DNA of 64,000 bases, from NCBI RefSeq assembly GCF_036365525.1, contig NW_027141721.1, positions 62,001 through 126,000 on the forward strand, read 5' to 3'. Shown one piece after another: positions 1 to 12,221 of the stretch; within the stretch, counting starts at the first letter, position 1, and every line of letters starts with the position of its first letter. The notes below the pieces were generated by a model. The model searched no databases. It worked only from the letters and a program-made list of their open reading frames with translations, and was not told where the DNA came from. Source of the DNA: Heterodontus francisci (Eukaryota). The position numbers and the translations under genes are program-made.

Positions 1-884
1 TCAGTACTCCCCTGATCATAACCACATTCATCCTGACACCATCCTCACACTCATCATTACCATCTGAGGACACATTATCACCCTCGTCCCGACCGCCAGT
101 ATCTGTGTCAGCCTTACCCTCAGCAGCCTCATCACCATAAAGAGATTCTCACTCCATCATCATTATCAAGCTTGTTCACTTCCAATTGTATCTGAATGTA
201 TTCAGTGATGGGATGTGTGCATTGCTGGGAGGGTCATTTCAGAAAAGCTGAGATGTTACAAGAGTAAATGTTCACTATCTTTCTTAAATATCCATCAGGA
301 CTCGGTAACAATGGAAATGTTAAAGGTTAGACCAGGAGTGGGAGTGACAACTTAACTATTCCATAAATGTACTTGACATGAAGTGGGAAGACCATGGATG
401 AAATGGGAAACATTCCAATGTATGTGGATTGAATGAGCAGTGGTCTGGTCCATCATCGCACCTCTAACCTTCTGGATTGGGCTCTGGGACTTTTTGGAAC
501 CTTGTTTTTTCCAATGCACAGCTTCTCCCACATCTCCACATAGCTGAAACCTCTCACACCCGGTCACCTCCTTGTAAATCTCCTTTGCACCCTCTCCATC
601 CTCCCTACAATGTCATGTACAGAAGTGGACACGCTAAACCAGTTAGGCCAAAACAGGCTTTTTATAAAGGGTTTAGCATCAATTTGTTGCGTTTATGTTG
701 CATTCAAAATTGCGTTAATTCTGCTTAATCAGAGAAAATAGTATGAAATATGCATTTCGGTACGACATTTTTGGTCGGTGGATTTGGTTTGACTTACCTG
801 AATTATTTTGGCACTGAAGTGTCAGCCTTTTTATTGGCTCCAGTCTGCGGAGTGGGTCCTTCTAACTTCGAGAGGAGAGTTCTA

Positions 885-1480
885 CCCACTCAGGCAGCGC
901 AAGTTGATTCTTGAGTACCTCACCTCCTGACTCCCCAAAGCCTGTCCACCATCTATAAGGTACAAGTCAGGAGTGTGTTGGAATACTCTCCACTCGAGTG
1001 CAGCTCCAACAACAGTGAAGAAGCTCGACAGCATCCAGGACAAAACAGCCCGCTGGATTGGCACCCCATTCACAAACATTCACTCCCTCCACCACCAACG
1101 CACTGTGGTAGCAGTGTGGACTATATACAAAATGCACTGCAGCAACTCCCAAAGGCTCCTTCGACAACACCTTCCAAACCCGCGACCTCTGCCACCTAGA
1201 AGGACAAGGACAGCAGATGCATGGGAACACCACCACCTGCAGGTTCCCCTTCAAGCCACATGCCATCCTGACTTGGAACTATACCGCCGTTCCTTCACTG
1301 TCGCTCTGTCAGAATCCTGGAACTCCCTTCTTTACAGGACTGTGGGTGTAGATACCCCACATGGACTGCAGTGGTTCAAGAAGGCAGCTCACCACCACCT
1401 TCTCAAGGGCAATTTGGGATGGATAGCAAATGTTGGACTGGTCAGCGATGCTCACATCTCAATAAAGAATTTTTATAAAT
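885..1480 (+). mobile_element. LINE 3' fragment (CR1/L2-group RT C-terminus)
   Basis: Decayed YKVQVRSVLEYSP..PTTVKKLDSIQDKTARWIG..HSLHH motif; same family recurs at 32.7, 43.0, 48.5, 53.4 and 60.8 kb. Confidence 0.75.
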
Positions 1481-1848
1481 CTGTAAATGAAGCGAAACGG
1501 CTTCCGTAGGCAGAAGGCAACCGGGAGACATTGATTAAATGTAACTGGCAGATGCATTAGTGGGGGGAGGGGGGAGAAGTGACGTTTTATTTAAGCAGCG
1601 AGTTGTTATGATGTGGCTAGCACTGTCTGAAAGGGTGTTGGAAGCACTTTGAACAAGAACGTTCAAAAGGGAATGGATTGTACACGTGAATGGAAACAAT
1701 GTGCACGGCTATGGGAGAGTAGCAGGGGCGAAGAGCATTAACTGGATAGTTCTTTCAAATAATGCAGAGATGGGCCGAATGGTCTCCTTCTCTGCTGTTA
1801 TCCAAGATGATTCCATGACCTGTTTGCAGAAAATGAGCGGAGAGTCAA

Positions 1849-2610
1849 TCTACTGCCTCCCCCTGCCGGTGGAAGATGAGCACCGAGATTCAATGTACTG
1901 CTGCCCCCCCTGCTGGTGGAAGATGAGCACTGAGATGCAATCTACTGCTGCCCCCTGCCGGTGGAAGATGAGCACTGAGATTCAATGTACCGCTGCCCCC
2001 TGCTGGTGGAAGATGAGCACTGAGATGCAATCTACTGCTGCCCCATGCCGGTGGAAGATGAGCACTGAGATTCAATGTCCTGTTGCCCCCTGCTGGTGGA
2101 AGATGAGCACTGAGATTCAATCTACTGCTGCCCCCTGCCGGTGGAAGATGAGCACTGAGAATCAATCTGCTGCTGCACCCTGCCGGTGGAAGATGAGCAC
2201 TGAGAATCAATCTACTGCTGCCCCCTGCCGGTGGAAGATGAGCACTGAGAATCAATCCACTGCTGCCCCCTGCCGGTGGATGATGAGCAGTGAGATTCAA
2301 TCCACTGCTGCCCTCTGCCGGTGGAAGATTAGCACTGAGAATCAATCTGCTTCTGCCCCCTGCCGGTGGAAGATGAGCACAGAGAATCAATCTAATGCTG
2401 CCCCCTGCCGGTGGAAGATGAGCACTGAGATTCAATCTACTGCTGCCCCCTGCCGGTGGATGATGAGCACTGAGATTCAATCTACTGCTGCCCCCTGCCG
2501 GTGGATGACGAGCACTGAGATTCAATCTTCTGCTGCCCCCTGCCGGGGGTTGATGAGCACTGAGATTCAATCTACTGCTGCCCCCTGCCGGTGGATGATG
2601 AGCACTGAAC
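1849..2610. repeat. 45-bp minisatellite, ~17 copies, each with a CTCF-like motif on the minus strand
   Basis: Unit TCTACTGCTGCCCCCTGCYGGTGGAAGATGAGCACTGAGATTCAA; reverse complement contains CCRGCAGGGGGCAG. Confidence 0.9.
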
Positions 2611-2628
2611 TCCATTTCATCTGCTGCA

Positions 2629-2667
2629 GGTTTTTGCAGCTGAGGATCCGCTTTCTCAAGCACTGTG
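2629..2667 (-). other. 23-RSS of TRBV A1
   Basis: CACAGTG + 23 nt + GCAAAAACC. Confidence 0.95.
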
Positions 2668-3402
2668 CGATACTACAAGCACAGAAATAGACAGCGGTGT
2701 GAGATGGAGCGGCATCTCTCAGTGCCAAAGTAAACAGTGTATCGCTGGCTCTGACTGCCTTAAATGACTCGGACGTGTAATTGGTAACAGACCCTTCTGT
2801 AGCAGAATAGAACAGAGCTTCCAGTGCCCTGTCTGGTTGTTGTCTGTACCAGTACATTCTTGTATAGTAAGTATTGGTCAGCGTGCATCTGAGTGTTGTC
2901 GACTCTCCTGCTGCAATCGATAGGATCGAGGGCGACTGTTCCACATAAGAGGAGAGGATTCCTGTGGAATGGAACATCGATTAGATTATTATTTCTGTCA
3001 ATAATGGATTGGAGCAGGGACTGCATTGCAATAAAGAAAGGGCTTACATTAATATAGCGCCGTTCATGACCTCAGGACATCAGAAAGGGCTTTGCAACCA
3101 ATGTAGTTACTCCCTCAGTACTGCCTCTGCGACAGTGCAGCACTCTCTCAGTGCTATCTCTGCGACAGTGCAGCACTCTCTCGGTGCTGTCTCTGCGACA
3201 GTGCAGCACTCCCTCGGTCCTGACACCTGGGGTGTCAGCCCTGACTTCGAGCTCAAGTGTTCTGGAGTGAGAGTCAGACACAGGAGTGTTCCGGACAGTC
3301 TCACCGCTGACATTACACTACATTATTCTGCACAGTTTCTGACTTTGACTTACGTGGGAAGAATGCAGCCATCAAGATTAGACTGAGAACGTCATGCAAC
3401 AT
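2668..3402 (-). CDS. TRBV: TCR beta V segment, family A copy 1 (intact)
   Basis: Leader exon 3402-3354 (MLHDVLSLILMAAFFP, gtaagt donor); V exon 2961-2668 ILSSYVEQSP..LRC..WYRQQP..YFCACSI; 23-RSS. Confidence 0.88.
3116..3216. repeat. 33-bp intronic minisatellite of family A (~3 copies; ~8 at 9468-9735, ~4 at 11900-12035, ~6 at 14087-14288)
   Basis: Unit CAGTACTGCCTCTGCGACAGTGCAGCACTCCCT in the leader intron. Confidence 0.8.
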
Positions 3403-3826
3403 GATTTTTCGATTCGATACGAACTCGATGTGTGAACGTGTGGAGTTTTGAACAACACACTTGCAGGCGGTTTCTATATTGTATCCAATTAAATACCCAG
3501 CATCCGGTTGTCATTGTGATTGGCAGTCACTTACTGCGACACTCTAATCCTCCCCATTACTTTACAAAGTAATGTTGTATAATGATACAACACAGGAGGA
3601 TAGGGGGAGATTGAATTGAGGTGTTCACATTTGATAGAGTAGAATTCAGGGAAGCAACCATCTATCCCCAGAGAGTGTGCCCATCCCTTATTGCCCCTGA
3701 GAAGGTGGTGGTGAACCATCTTCCAGAATGCCTGCTGGGCCAAATCAGAGGGCAGTTAATAGTCAACCACATTGCTGTGGGTCTGCAGTCACATATAGGC
3801 CATACCGGGTAAGAACGGCATATTTC

Positions 3827-5511
3827 ACTATGTTCACTATGGAAAAGGTCACTGTCGGTGTAGATATCAGGGAGGGGGGTTGTGATATACTTGAACATAT
3901 TAGCTTTTAAAGGGAGGAGTATCAGCTGTTTTAGCAGTCTTAAAAGTGGATAAGTCCACAGTACAGATGAAATGTAAGCAAGGCTGTTATGTGAGGCAAG
4001 GGGGGAGATTGCAGGGCCTCTGACACAAATTTTTAATTCCCCTCTGGCCACAGGAGAGGTACCAGAGGACTGGAGGACAGCGAATGTTTTACCATTATTT
4101 AAAAAGGGCAGCAGGGATGAACCAGGTAATTACAGGCCGGTGAGTCTAACATCAGTGGTAGGTAAAATATTGCAAAATATTCTGATGGACAGGATTAATC
4201 TCCACTTGGAGCGGCAGGAATTAATCAAGGATAATCAGCATGGCTTTGTCAGGGGATAATAGTGTCTAACTAACTTGATCACATTTTTTCAGAAGGTGAC
4301 TAAATGGGTAGATGAGGGTAAAGCAGTTGATGTAGTCTACATGGGCTTCAATAACGCTTTTGATAAGGTCCCGCATGGGAGATTGGTTAAGAAGGTAAGA
4401 GCCCATGGGATCCAGGGCAATTCGGCAAATTGAATCCAAAATTGGCTTATTGGCAGGAGGCAGAGTATAAAGGTCGAGGGTTGTTTTTGCGAGTGGAAGC
4501 CTGTGACCAGTGGTGTACTGCAGGGATCGGTGCTGGGACCCTTTCTGTTTGTAGCGTACATTAATGATTTAAACGTGAATATCAGAGGTATGATCAGTAA
4601 GTTCACAGATGACACGAACATTGGTGGTGTCGTAAATAGTGAGGAGGAAAGCCTTGGATTACAGGACGATATAGATGGACTGGTAAGATGGGCAGAGCTG
4701 TGGAAAATGGCATTTAATCCTGAGAAGTGTGAGGTGATGCATTTTGGGAGGACAAACAAGGCAAGGGAATATACAATGGATGGTAGGACCCTAGGAAGTA
4801 CAGCGGGTCAGAGGGATCTTGGTGTACATGTCCATAGATCACTGAAGGCAGCAGCACAGGTAGTTAAAGTGGTTCGGAAAGCATATGGGATACTTGCCTT
4901 TATAAGCTGAGACATAGAATATAAGAGCAGGGAGGTTAAGATGGATCGGTATAAAACGCCAGTTAGGCCACAGCTGGAGTACTGTGTACAATTCTGGTCA
5001 CCGCACTCCAGGAAGTATGTGATTGCACGGGACAGAGCGCAGAGGAGATTCACCAGGATGTTGCCTGGGCTGGAGCATTTCAGCTATGAAGAGAGACTGA
5101 AAAGGCGAGGGTTGTTTTCCTTAAAGCAGAGAAGGCTGAGGGGAGATATGATTGAGGTATACAAAATTATGAGGAACATTGATAGGTTAGATAGGAAGAA
5201 CATTTTTTTCCTTAGCAGAGGGGACAATAACCAGAGGGCATAGATTTAGGGTAAGGGGCAGGAGGTTTAGAGGGAATTTGAGGAAAGGAAATTCATCCTG
5301 AGGGTGGTTGGAACCTGGAACACACTGCCTGAAGAAGTGGTAGAGGCAGGAACCCTGACAACATTTAATAAGTATATAGATGAGCACTTGAAACGCCATA
5401 GCATACAAGACTACGGGCCAAGTGCTGGAAAATGGGATTAGAATAGTTAGGTGCTTGATGGCCGGCACAGACACGATGGGCTGAAGGGCCTGTTTCTGTG
5501 CTGTATAACTC
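3827..5511 (+). mobile_element. CR1-type LINE, 5'-truncated, with TSD
   Basis: RT motifs (GVLQGSVLGPFLF, KFTDDT, RPQLEYCVQFWSP); TATTTC duplicated at 3821-3826 and 5512-5517; empty site in paralogous A2/A3 units. Confidence 0.9.
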
Positions 5512-6916
5512 TATTTCCTTCCCTGAAGGTCATCAGTGAACACTTTGGGATTTTACGGCACTCCATGTTCAGGATTACTCATACTTCCCATGACAGATTT
5601 TTATTTATTTAATTAACTGAATTTGAATTCCATTTCTGCCCTGGTGGGAATTGAACTCATGTCTGCGGATCATTAATCCAGGCCTCTGGATTACTGGTCC
5701 AGTAACATAACTGCTCTGCTACAGTACCGCCTTGCTGAATGGGAGTTAAAGGGTTAAATTGTTCACTTAAAAACTGCCAGTTTATTTGAAGAACACATCA
5801 AATGTGACTCGAGTCTGAGATGAAAGTGGGTAAAGAGTTTTCACCAGCTTCTGAACTCTCTGTCAGGAGGCAGGTGTCCCAGAGATGAAGGTATCTGGAG
5901 AGGGGTGTCACCTTTGAACAGTGTGAAACAGCGCTCAGATGGTTAAGGGTTCTGAGCTGAGTTAGTTCCTGTACATTGGGGGGTTGTTCGCCTCTGTGTA
6001 GTGAAGGTTAGAGAGAGATTAACCAGACTGGTATCAGGGATGAGGGATTTCAGTTACTGTGGAGTGACTGGAGAAGCTGGGGGTTTCTCTCCTTAGAGCA
6101 GAGAAGGTTACTGGTAGATGAGATACAGATAATGAAGATCATAGAGGATTTTGATAGATAATTGATGACTAACCACATCATCTACTGGTCAATATATAGA
6201 AAAACTTTGAAAAGATGGTCATTCATTATATTAGTGCAACAACATGTTTAATTAGTTCATACAAACTGTAATTACCTAAAGATAGAGTTAGATAGATAGG
6301 GAGACAGAGAGATAGACAACCAGGTAGAGAGATAGGTTGATATAGAGAAGGGTAGAGAAATAGAGAAATAGAGGGAAAGTCAGACAGGTAGAGAAATAGC
6401 GAGCTAGATAGAGAGCCAGTCACTGCCCTGTAAAAGAAGGGATGTTAATTGGCATTCTACCATTTTACACCGGCTTTGTAGCTTGTGGTAGAGTGGGGAA
6501 TAGAGAGAGAGGGAGCGAGAGAGATGGAGAGAGAGAGATGGAGAGAGGAAGCGACAGGAAGCTATTGATCAGTCATGATCTCAGTGACGGTCGGTCTGTT
6601 TTCGAGGTGATGAATGAACTCCTTGTGTTCCCAGGTCACTGTTAAAGTGTGTTCCAGACACTGATTTTTATCATGGTCCAACAGCGCACTCTGCTGTCCC
6701 TTTGGAGAAAGAAAACACAGTGACATAACACCACACCGTATAGATGTCTGTATGTANNNNNNNNNNNNNNNNNNNNNNNNNNNNNNNNNNNNNNNNNNNN
6801 NNNNNNNNNNNNNNNNNNNNNNNNNNNNNNNNNNNNNNNNNNNNNNNNNNNNNNNNNNNNNNNNNNNNNNNNNNNNNNNNNNNNNTTATCTTTCGCTGTA
6901 TTTATATATCTTTCCA

Positions 6917-6965
<49 letters not shown>

Positions 6966-7284
6966 TTTTATTTGATCTTGACCACACACTAAAATCTGTA
7001 ATAATCTCTCTAAGATGGCTGAAGGTTTCCCCTTCAGTCTCTTCTTTCTGGAGCAAAGATCCCCCGATGTTCAAACTATCTTGATAACTTTAACCTCTGT
7101 GTCCTGCTTTCATTCCTGTAAAGTCTATTTTACAATTCCCCTGTGTTTCTATATCGAACCTGTCACTTTCTGTTTAAATCCGCACTGTCTTCTTGTGAGA
7201 AACATGTTCTCAATGAGAAAAACATCCAACAGGACGCAGCACAGCCTGGTTTTAACTGAATCAGGTGTTTCCTGCTGCCTTTCT

Positions 7285-7323
7285 GCTTTTTGTTGAACTG
7301 TTCCATCTCTCTGAGTCACTGTG
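7285..7323 (-). other. 23-RSS of TRBV B1
   Basis: CACAGTG + 23 nt + ACAAAAAGC. Confidence 0.93.
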
Positions 7324-7775
7324 AAGACTCCAGGCACAGAAATACACGGACGAGTGATTCTCCCACAGGCTGGAGGTCTCCAGTTTGAACTGGGAGCTCG
7401 TCGATCTCTGGGCAGCGAAACCGTCCACCGTCCCCTCTGGATCCACATGGTTAGCAGTATTGGAGTAAAACATCAACAGCGGCTCCTTCCCCGGCTCTTG
7501 TCTGTACCAGTACATGTAGAGGGTACTGCTGCTCCCCTCCACGGTGCACCTCAGTTCCACTCCTTTCCAGTGAAATCTGGAGACAGCACCGGGAGTCTGG
7601 TGGATAGACTGTGAGTTCACATCTGGGAGAGAGATGGAGAGAGGATGTGATCAGTAAACAGGGAACTTCTGGGAATGAAAGGAAGACAGGGAGAGGAGAG
7701 GAAGGTTCTGAAGGATAATCTTTGTATTTGGCACTCACCTTGAACCAGGATTATCAGAGCCAGGAACAGATACAT
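7324..7775 (-). CDS. TRBV: TCR beta V segment, CAW-type family B copy 1 (intact)
   Basis: Leader 7775-7739 MYLFLALIILVQ; V exon 7622-7324 DVNSQSIHQTP..LRC..WYRQEPGK..YFCAWSL. Confidence 0.88.
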
Positions 7776-8700
7776 CTCCCACTTGACACTGCCCTCTCAA
7801 ACAGCAAACGAAGTGGAACAGAGGAGATCAGTTCTGTGACTAACCAATCCGCTCTTTACAAATCATTGAGGAAAACATGAAGGGCATGAAGAAGTGATGC
7901 AGTGTTGGACACGCCCCCTTCCACCACTCAACCAATCAGAATGGACGTGGTTGCTTATGATGGTTGAGTGACTGGATTAAGTGTTGTTAATATCCCCAAC
8001 AAGGGTGTCTGTTTTTCAGTTACTAATTTACTGATTAAAAATCTCCAATTGTACATATCCAGATTCCCAATAAACCACATTGGCATTCCCACATTAGCCA
8101 CATGTAGATTTCCAATTACAGTCATCTGGATTCCAAATGATCTGCTCCTGTCGGGGATGTATTGGTGTGTTGGTAATTTGACACCTAAACCACAGCCCCA
8201 GCTAGTGTTTTAGCGACGTGGGGGTTAATCCCACCAACACAGATAATGAAATTTCAATGTCATTTATAAATCTACATTTTCAAAAGAATCTCGTCTAATG
8301 GTGACCATTATTGCAACAATCCATCTGGTTCACTGATGTTAGGGAAGGAAATCTACCGCCTTCACCTGGTCTGGTCTACATTTGACTCCAGATCCACACA
8401 ATGTGGTTGACTCTTAAATGCCCTCTGCAAAGGCCTAACAAGCCACTCAGTTAAACGGCAATTAGGGATGGGCAATAAATGCTGGCAGAGTCAGCGAGGC
8501 CCACATCCCATGAACGAATTCAGAAAAACAGACAGATGTTGATTCACAAATAGTCAGGTGGGAGTCTTGGCAAACATTTTTTGCAACACTGGCCCGGGGG
8601 ATGTAGGTGCAATAATATCTGGGTCACACTGGGCTGCTGATCTATTCTGCAGCTTGGTCTGTGCTCATTACCGGGCCCAAAACCATCAGTCATGCTCAAA

Positions 8701-8965
8701 TCAACTGCTGCCACCTGCTGGCGGAAAATGACTACTGAGATTCAGTCCACTGCTGCCCCCTGCCGGGGGTGGATGAGCACTGAGATCCAGTCTACTGCTG
8801 CCCCCTGCCGGTGGAAGATGAGCGCAGAGATTCAATCTACTGCTGCCCCCTGCCGGTGGATGATGAGCACTGAGTTTCAATTTACTGCTGCCACCTGCTG
8901 TTGAATGATGAGCACTGAGTTCCAATCTACTGCTGCCCCCTGCCGGTTGTTGATGAGCACTGAAC
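8701..8965. repeat. 45-bp CTCF-motif minisatellite, ~6 copies
   Basis: Same unit as 1849-2610, downstream of the A2 RSS. Confidence 0.88.
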
Positions 8966-8983
8966 TCCCGTTCATCCGCTGCA

Positions 8984-9022
8984 GGTTTTTGCAGCTGTGG
9001 ATCCGTTTTCTCAAACACTGTG
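8984..9022 (-). other. 23-RSS of TRBV A2
   Basis: CACAGTG + 23 nt + GCAAAAACC. Confidence 0.95.
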
Positions 9023-9921
9023 CGATACTGCAAGCGCAGAAATAGACAGCGGTGTGAGATGGAGCGGCGTCTCGCAGTGCCGAAGTAAACAGCGTATCGC
9101 TGGCTCTGACTGCATTAAATGACTCGGACGTGTAATTGGTAACAGACCCTTTTGTAGCAGAATTGAACAGAGCTTCCAGTGCCCTGTCTGGTTGTTGTCT
9201 GTACCAGTACATACAGGAATAGGCAGTATTGGTCAGCGTGCATCTGAGTGTTGTCGACTCTCCTGCTGCAATCGATAGGATAGAGGGCGACTGTTCCACA
9301 TAGGAGGCGAGTATTCCTGAAGATGGAACATCGATTAGATTATCATTTCAGTCAATAATGGATTGGAGCAGGGGTTGCATTGCAAGAAAAAAAGGGCTTA
9401 CATTGATATAGCGCCATTCAGGACCTCAGGACATCAGAAAGGACTTTGCAACCAATGTAGTTACTCCCTCAGTACAGCCTCTGCGACAGTGCAGCACCCA
9501 CTAAGTACTGCCTCTGTGACAGTGCTGCACTCCCTCAGTACTGCCTCTGCGACAGTGCAGCACACCCTCAGTACTGCCTCTGTGACAGTGCTGCACTCCC
9601 TCAGTACTGCCTCTGCGACAGTGCAGCACACCCTCAGTACAGCCTTTGCGACAGTGCAGCACTCCCTCAGTACTGCCTCTGCGACAGTGCAGCACTTCCC
9701 CAGTACTGCCTCTGCGACAGTGCAGCACTCCCTCAGTCCTGACACGTGGTTTGTCAGCGTTGACATTGAGCTCAAATGTTCTGGAGTGAGACTCAGACAC
9801 AGGAGTGTTCCGGACAGAATCACCCCTAACATTACAATACATTATTCGTAACTGTTTCTGACTTTGACTTACGTGGGAACAGGGCAGGCATCAAGATTAG
9901 ACAGAGAACTTCATGCAACAT
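9023..9921 (-). CDS. TRBV: TCR beta V segment, family A copy 2 (intact)
   Basis: Leader 9921-9873 MLHEVLCLILMPALFP; V exon 9316-9023 open, CDR1 TNTAYSC, YFCACSI. Confidence 0.85.
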
Positions 9922-11274
9922 GATTTCTTCATACGATACTAACGCGATGTGTGAACGTGTGGAGTTTTCAACAGCACACTTGCAGGCGGTTTCTATATTG
10001 TATCCAATCAAATACCCAGCATCCGGTTGTCATTGTTATTGGCAGTTACTTACTGCACACTCTGCTCCACCCCATTACTTTGCATAGCAATGTTGTAGAA
10101 TGATACAACACAGGAGGATAGGGGGAGATTGAATAGCGGTGTTCACATTTCAGAAAGGGCATTGATAGAGTACAATTCAGGGAAACAACCCTCTATACCC
10201 AGAGAGTGTGCCCATCCCTTATTGCCCCTGAGAAGGTGGTGGTGAACCATCTTCGGGAAAACCTGCTGGGCCATATCAGAGGGCAGTTAATAGTTAACCA
10301 CATTGCTGTGGGTCTGCAGTCACATATAGGCCAGACCGGGTAGGAATGGCGGATTTCCTTCCCTGAAGGTAATCAATGAAGACGTTGGGTTTTTAAGACA
10401 CTCCATGTTCCGGATTACTCATACTTTCCATGACAGATTTTTATTTATTTAATTAATTGAATTTAAATTGCATTTCTGCCCCGGTGGGAATTGAACTCAA
10501 GTCTGGGGATCATTAGTCCAGGCCTCTGGATTACTAGCCCAGTCACATAACTGCTCTGCTGCCAAACCTCCGTGGTGAATGGGAGTTAAATGGTTAAATT
10601 GTTCACTGGTCTGAACTGCTAGTTTCTTTGAAGAACACATTAAATGTGACTCGAGTCTGAGGTGAAAGTGGGTAAAGAGTTTTCAGCAGCTTCTGAACTC
10701 GCTGTCAGGAGGCAGGTGCCCCAGAGATGAAGTTATCTGGAGAGGGGTTTCGCCTTTGAACAGTGTGAAACAGCGCTCAGATGGTTCAGGGTTCTGCGCT
10801 GAGTTAGTTCCTGTGCATTGGGGAGTTGTTCACCTCTGTTTAGTGAAGGTTAGAGGGAGATTAACAAGACTGGTACCAGGGATGAGGGACTTCAGTTACT
10901 GTGGAGAGACTGGTGAAGCTGGGGGTTTCTCTCCTTGGAGCAGAGAAGGTTAATGGTAGATATGATACAGTTATTGAAGATCATAGAGGATTTTGATAGA
11001 TAATTGATAACACATCACATCATCTACTGGTCAATATATAGAAAATCTATGCAAAGATGGTCATTCATTAAATTACTGCAGTATGTTTAATTAGTTCATA
11101 CAAACTGTAATCACCTAAAGATATAGTTAGATAGTTACAGAGACAGAGAGATAGGTAACCAGGTAGAGAGGTAGCTAGATAGAGAGACAGAGAGATAGAT
11201 AACCAGGTAGAGAGATAGATAGATAGAGAGACAGACAGGCAGGCAGACAGACAGTTATGAACTCTGACATTCAA

Positions 11275-11404
11275 TCTACCGCTGCCCCCTGCTGGTGGAA
11301 GATGAGCACTGACATTCAATCTACTGCTGCGCCCTGCTGGTGGAAAATGAGCAGTGAGACTCAAACCACTGCTGCCACCTGCCGGTGGATGATGAGCACT
11401 GAAA
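11275..11404. repeat. 45-bp CTCF-motif minisatellite, ~3 copies
   Basis: Same unit, downstream of the A3 RSS. Confidence 0.85.
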
Positions 11405-11422
11405 TCCCGTTCATCTGCTGCA

Positions 11423-11461
11423 GGTTGATGCAGCTGCGGATCCGCTTTCTCAAATACTGTG
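11423..11461 (-). other. Degenerate 23-RSS of A3
   Basis: CACAGTA + 23 nt + GCATCAACC. Confidence 0.85.
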
Positions 11462-12221
11462 CGATACTGCAAGTGCAAAAATAGACAACGGTGTGAGATG
11501 TAGCAGCGTTTCTCAGTGCCAAAGAAAACAGTGTATCGCTGAATCTGACTGCCATAAATGACTCGGACGTGTAATTGGTAACAGTCACTTCTGCAGCAGA
11601 ATAGAACAGAGCTTCCAATTCCCTGTCTGGTTGTTGACTCTACCAGTACATTAAGGTCCAGCCAGTATTGGTCAGCGTGAATCTGAGTGTTGTCGACTCT
11701 CCTGCTGCAATCGATAGGATCGAGGGAGACTGTTCCACACAAGAGGCGAGTATTCCTGTGGAATGGAACATCGATTAAATTATTATTTCAGTCAATAGCG
11801 GATTAGAGGAGGGACTGCATTGCAAGAAAAAAGGACTTACATTAACATAGCGCCGTTCAGGACCTCAGAAAGGGCTTTGCAATCAATGTAGTTACTCAAT
11901 CAGTACTGCCTCTGCGACAGTGCAGCACTCCCTCAGTACTGCCTGTGCGACAGTGCAGCACTACCTCAGTACTGCCTCTGTGACAGTGCAGCACTCCCTC
12001 AGTCCTGCCTGTGCGACATTGCAGCACTCCCTCAGTCATGACACCCGGGGTGTTCAGCCTTGATTTTGAGCTGAAGTGTTCTGGAGTGAGACTCTAACAC
12101 AGGCGTGTTCCAGACAGAATCACCGCTAACATTACAGTACATTATTCGACACAGTTTCTGACTTTGACTTACGTGGGAAGAGTGCAGCCATCAAGGTTAG
12201 ACAGAGAACTTCATGCAACAT
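11462..12221 (-). pseudogene. TRBV: TRBV family A copy 3 pseudogene
   Basis: V exon 11755-11462 with first Cys changed to Phe and TGG-TAG stop replacing WY; leader 12221-12173. Confidence 0.88.

Noticed and set aside
1849-2610. CRISPR-like array
   Set aside because: Head-to-tail units with no unique spacers, in a vertebrate locus
1686-2690. 334-aa and 257-aa repetitive ORFs
   Set aside because: Artefacts of a stop-free 45-bp (15-codon) minisatellite; they overlap the RSS and V exon
3116-3216. GACAGTG in the 33-bp intronic repeat as a cryptic RSS
   Set aside because: Lacks the essential CAC and has no nonamer
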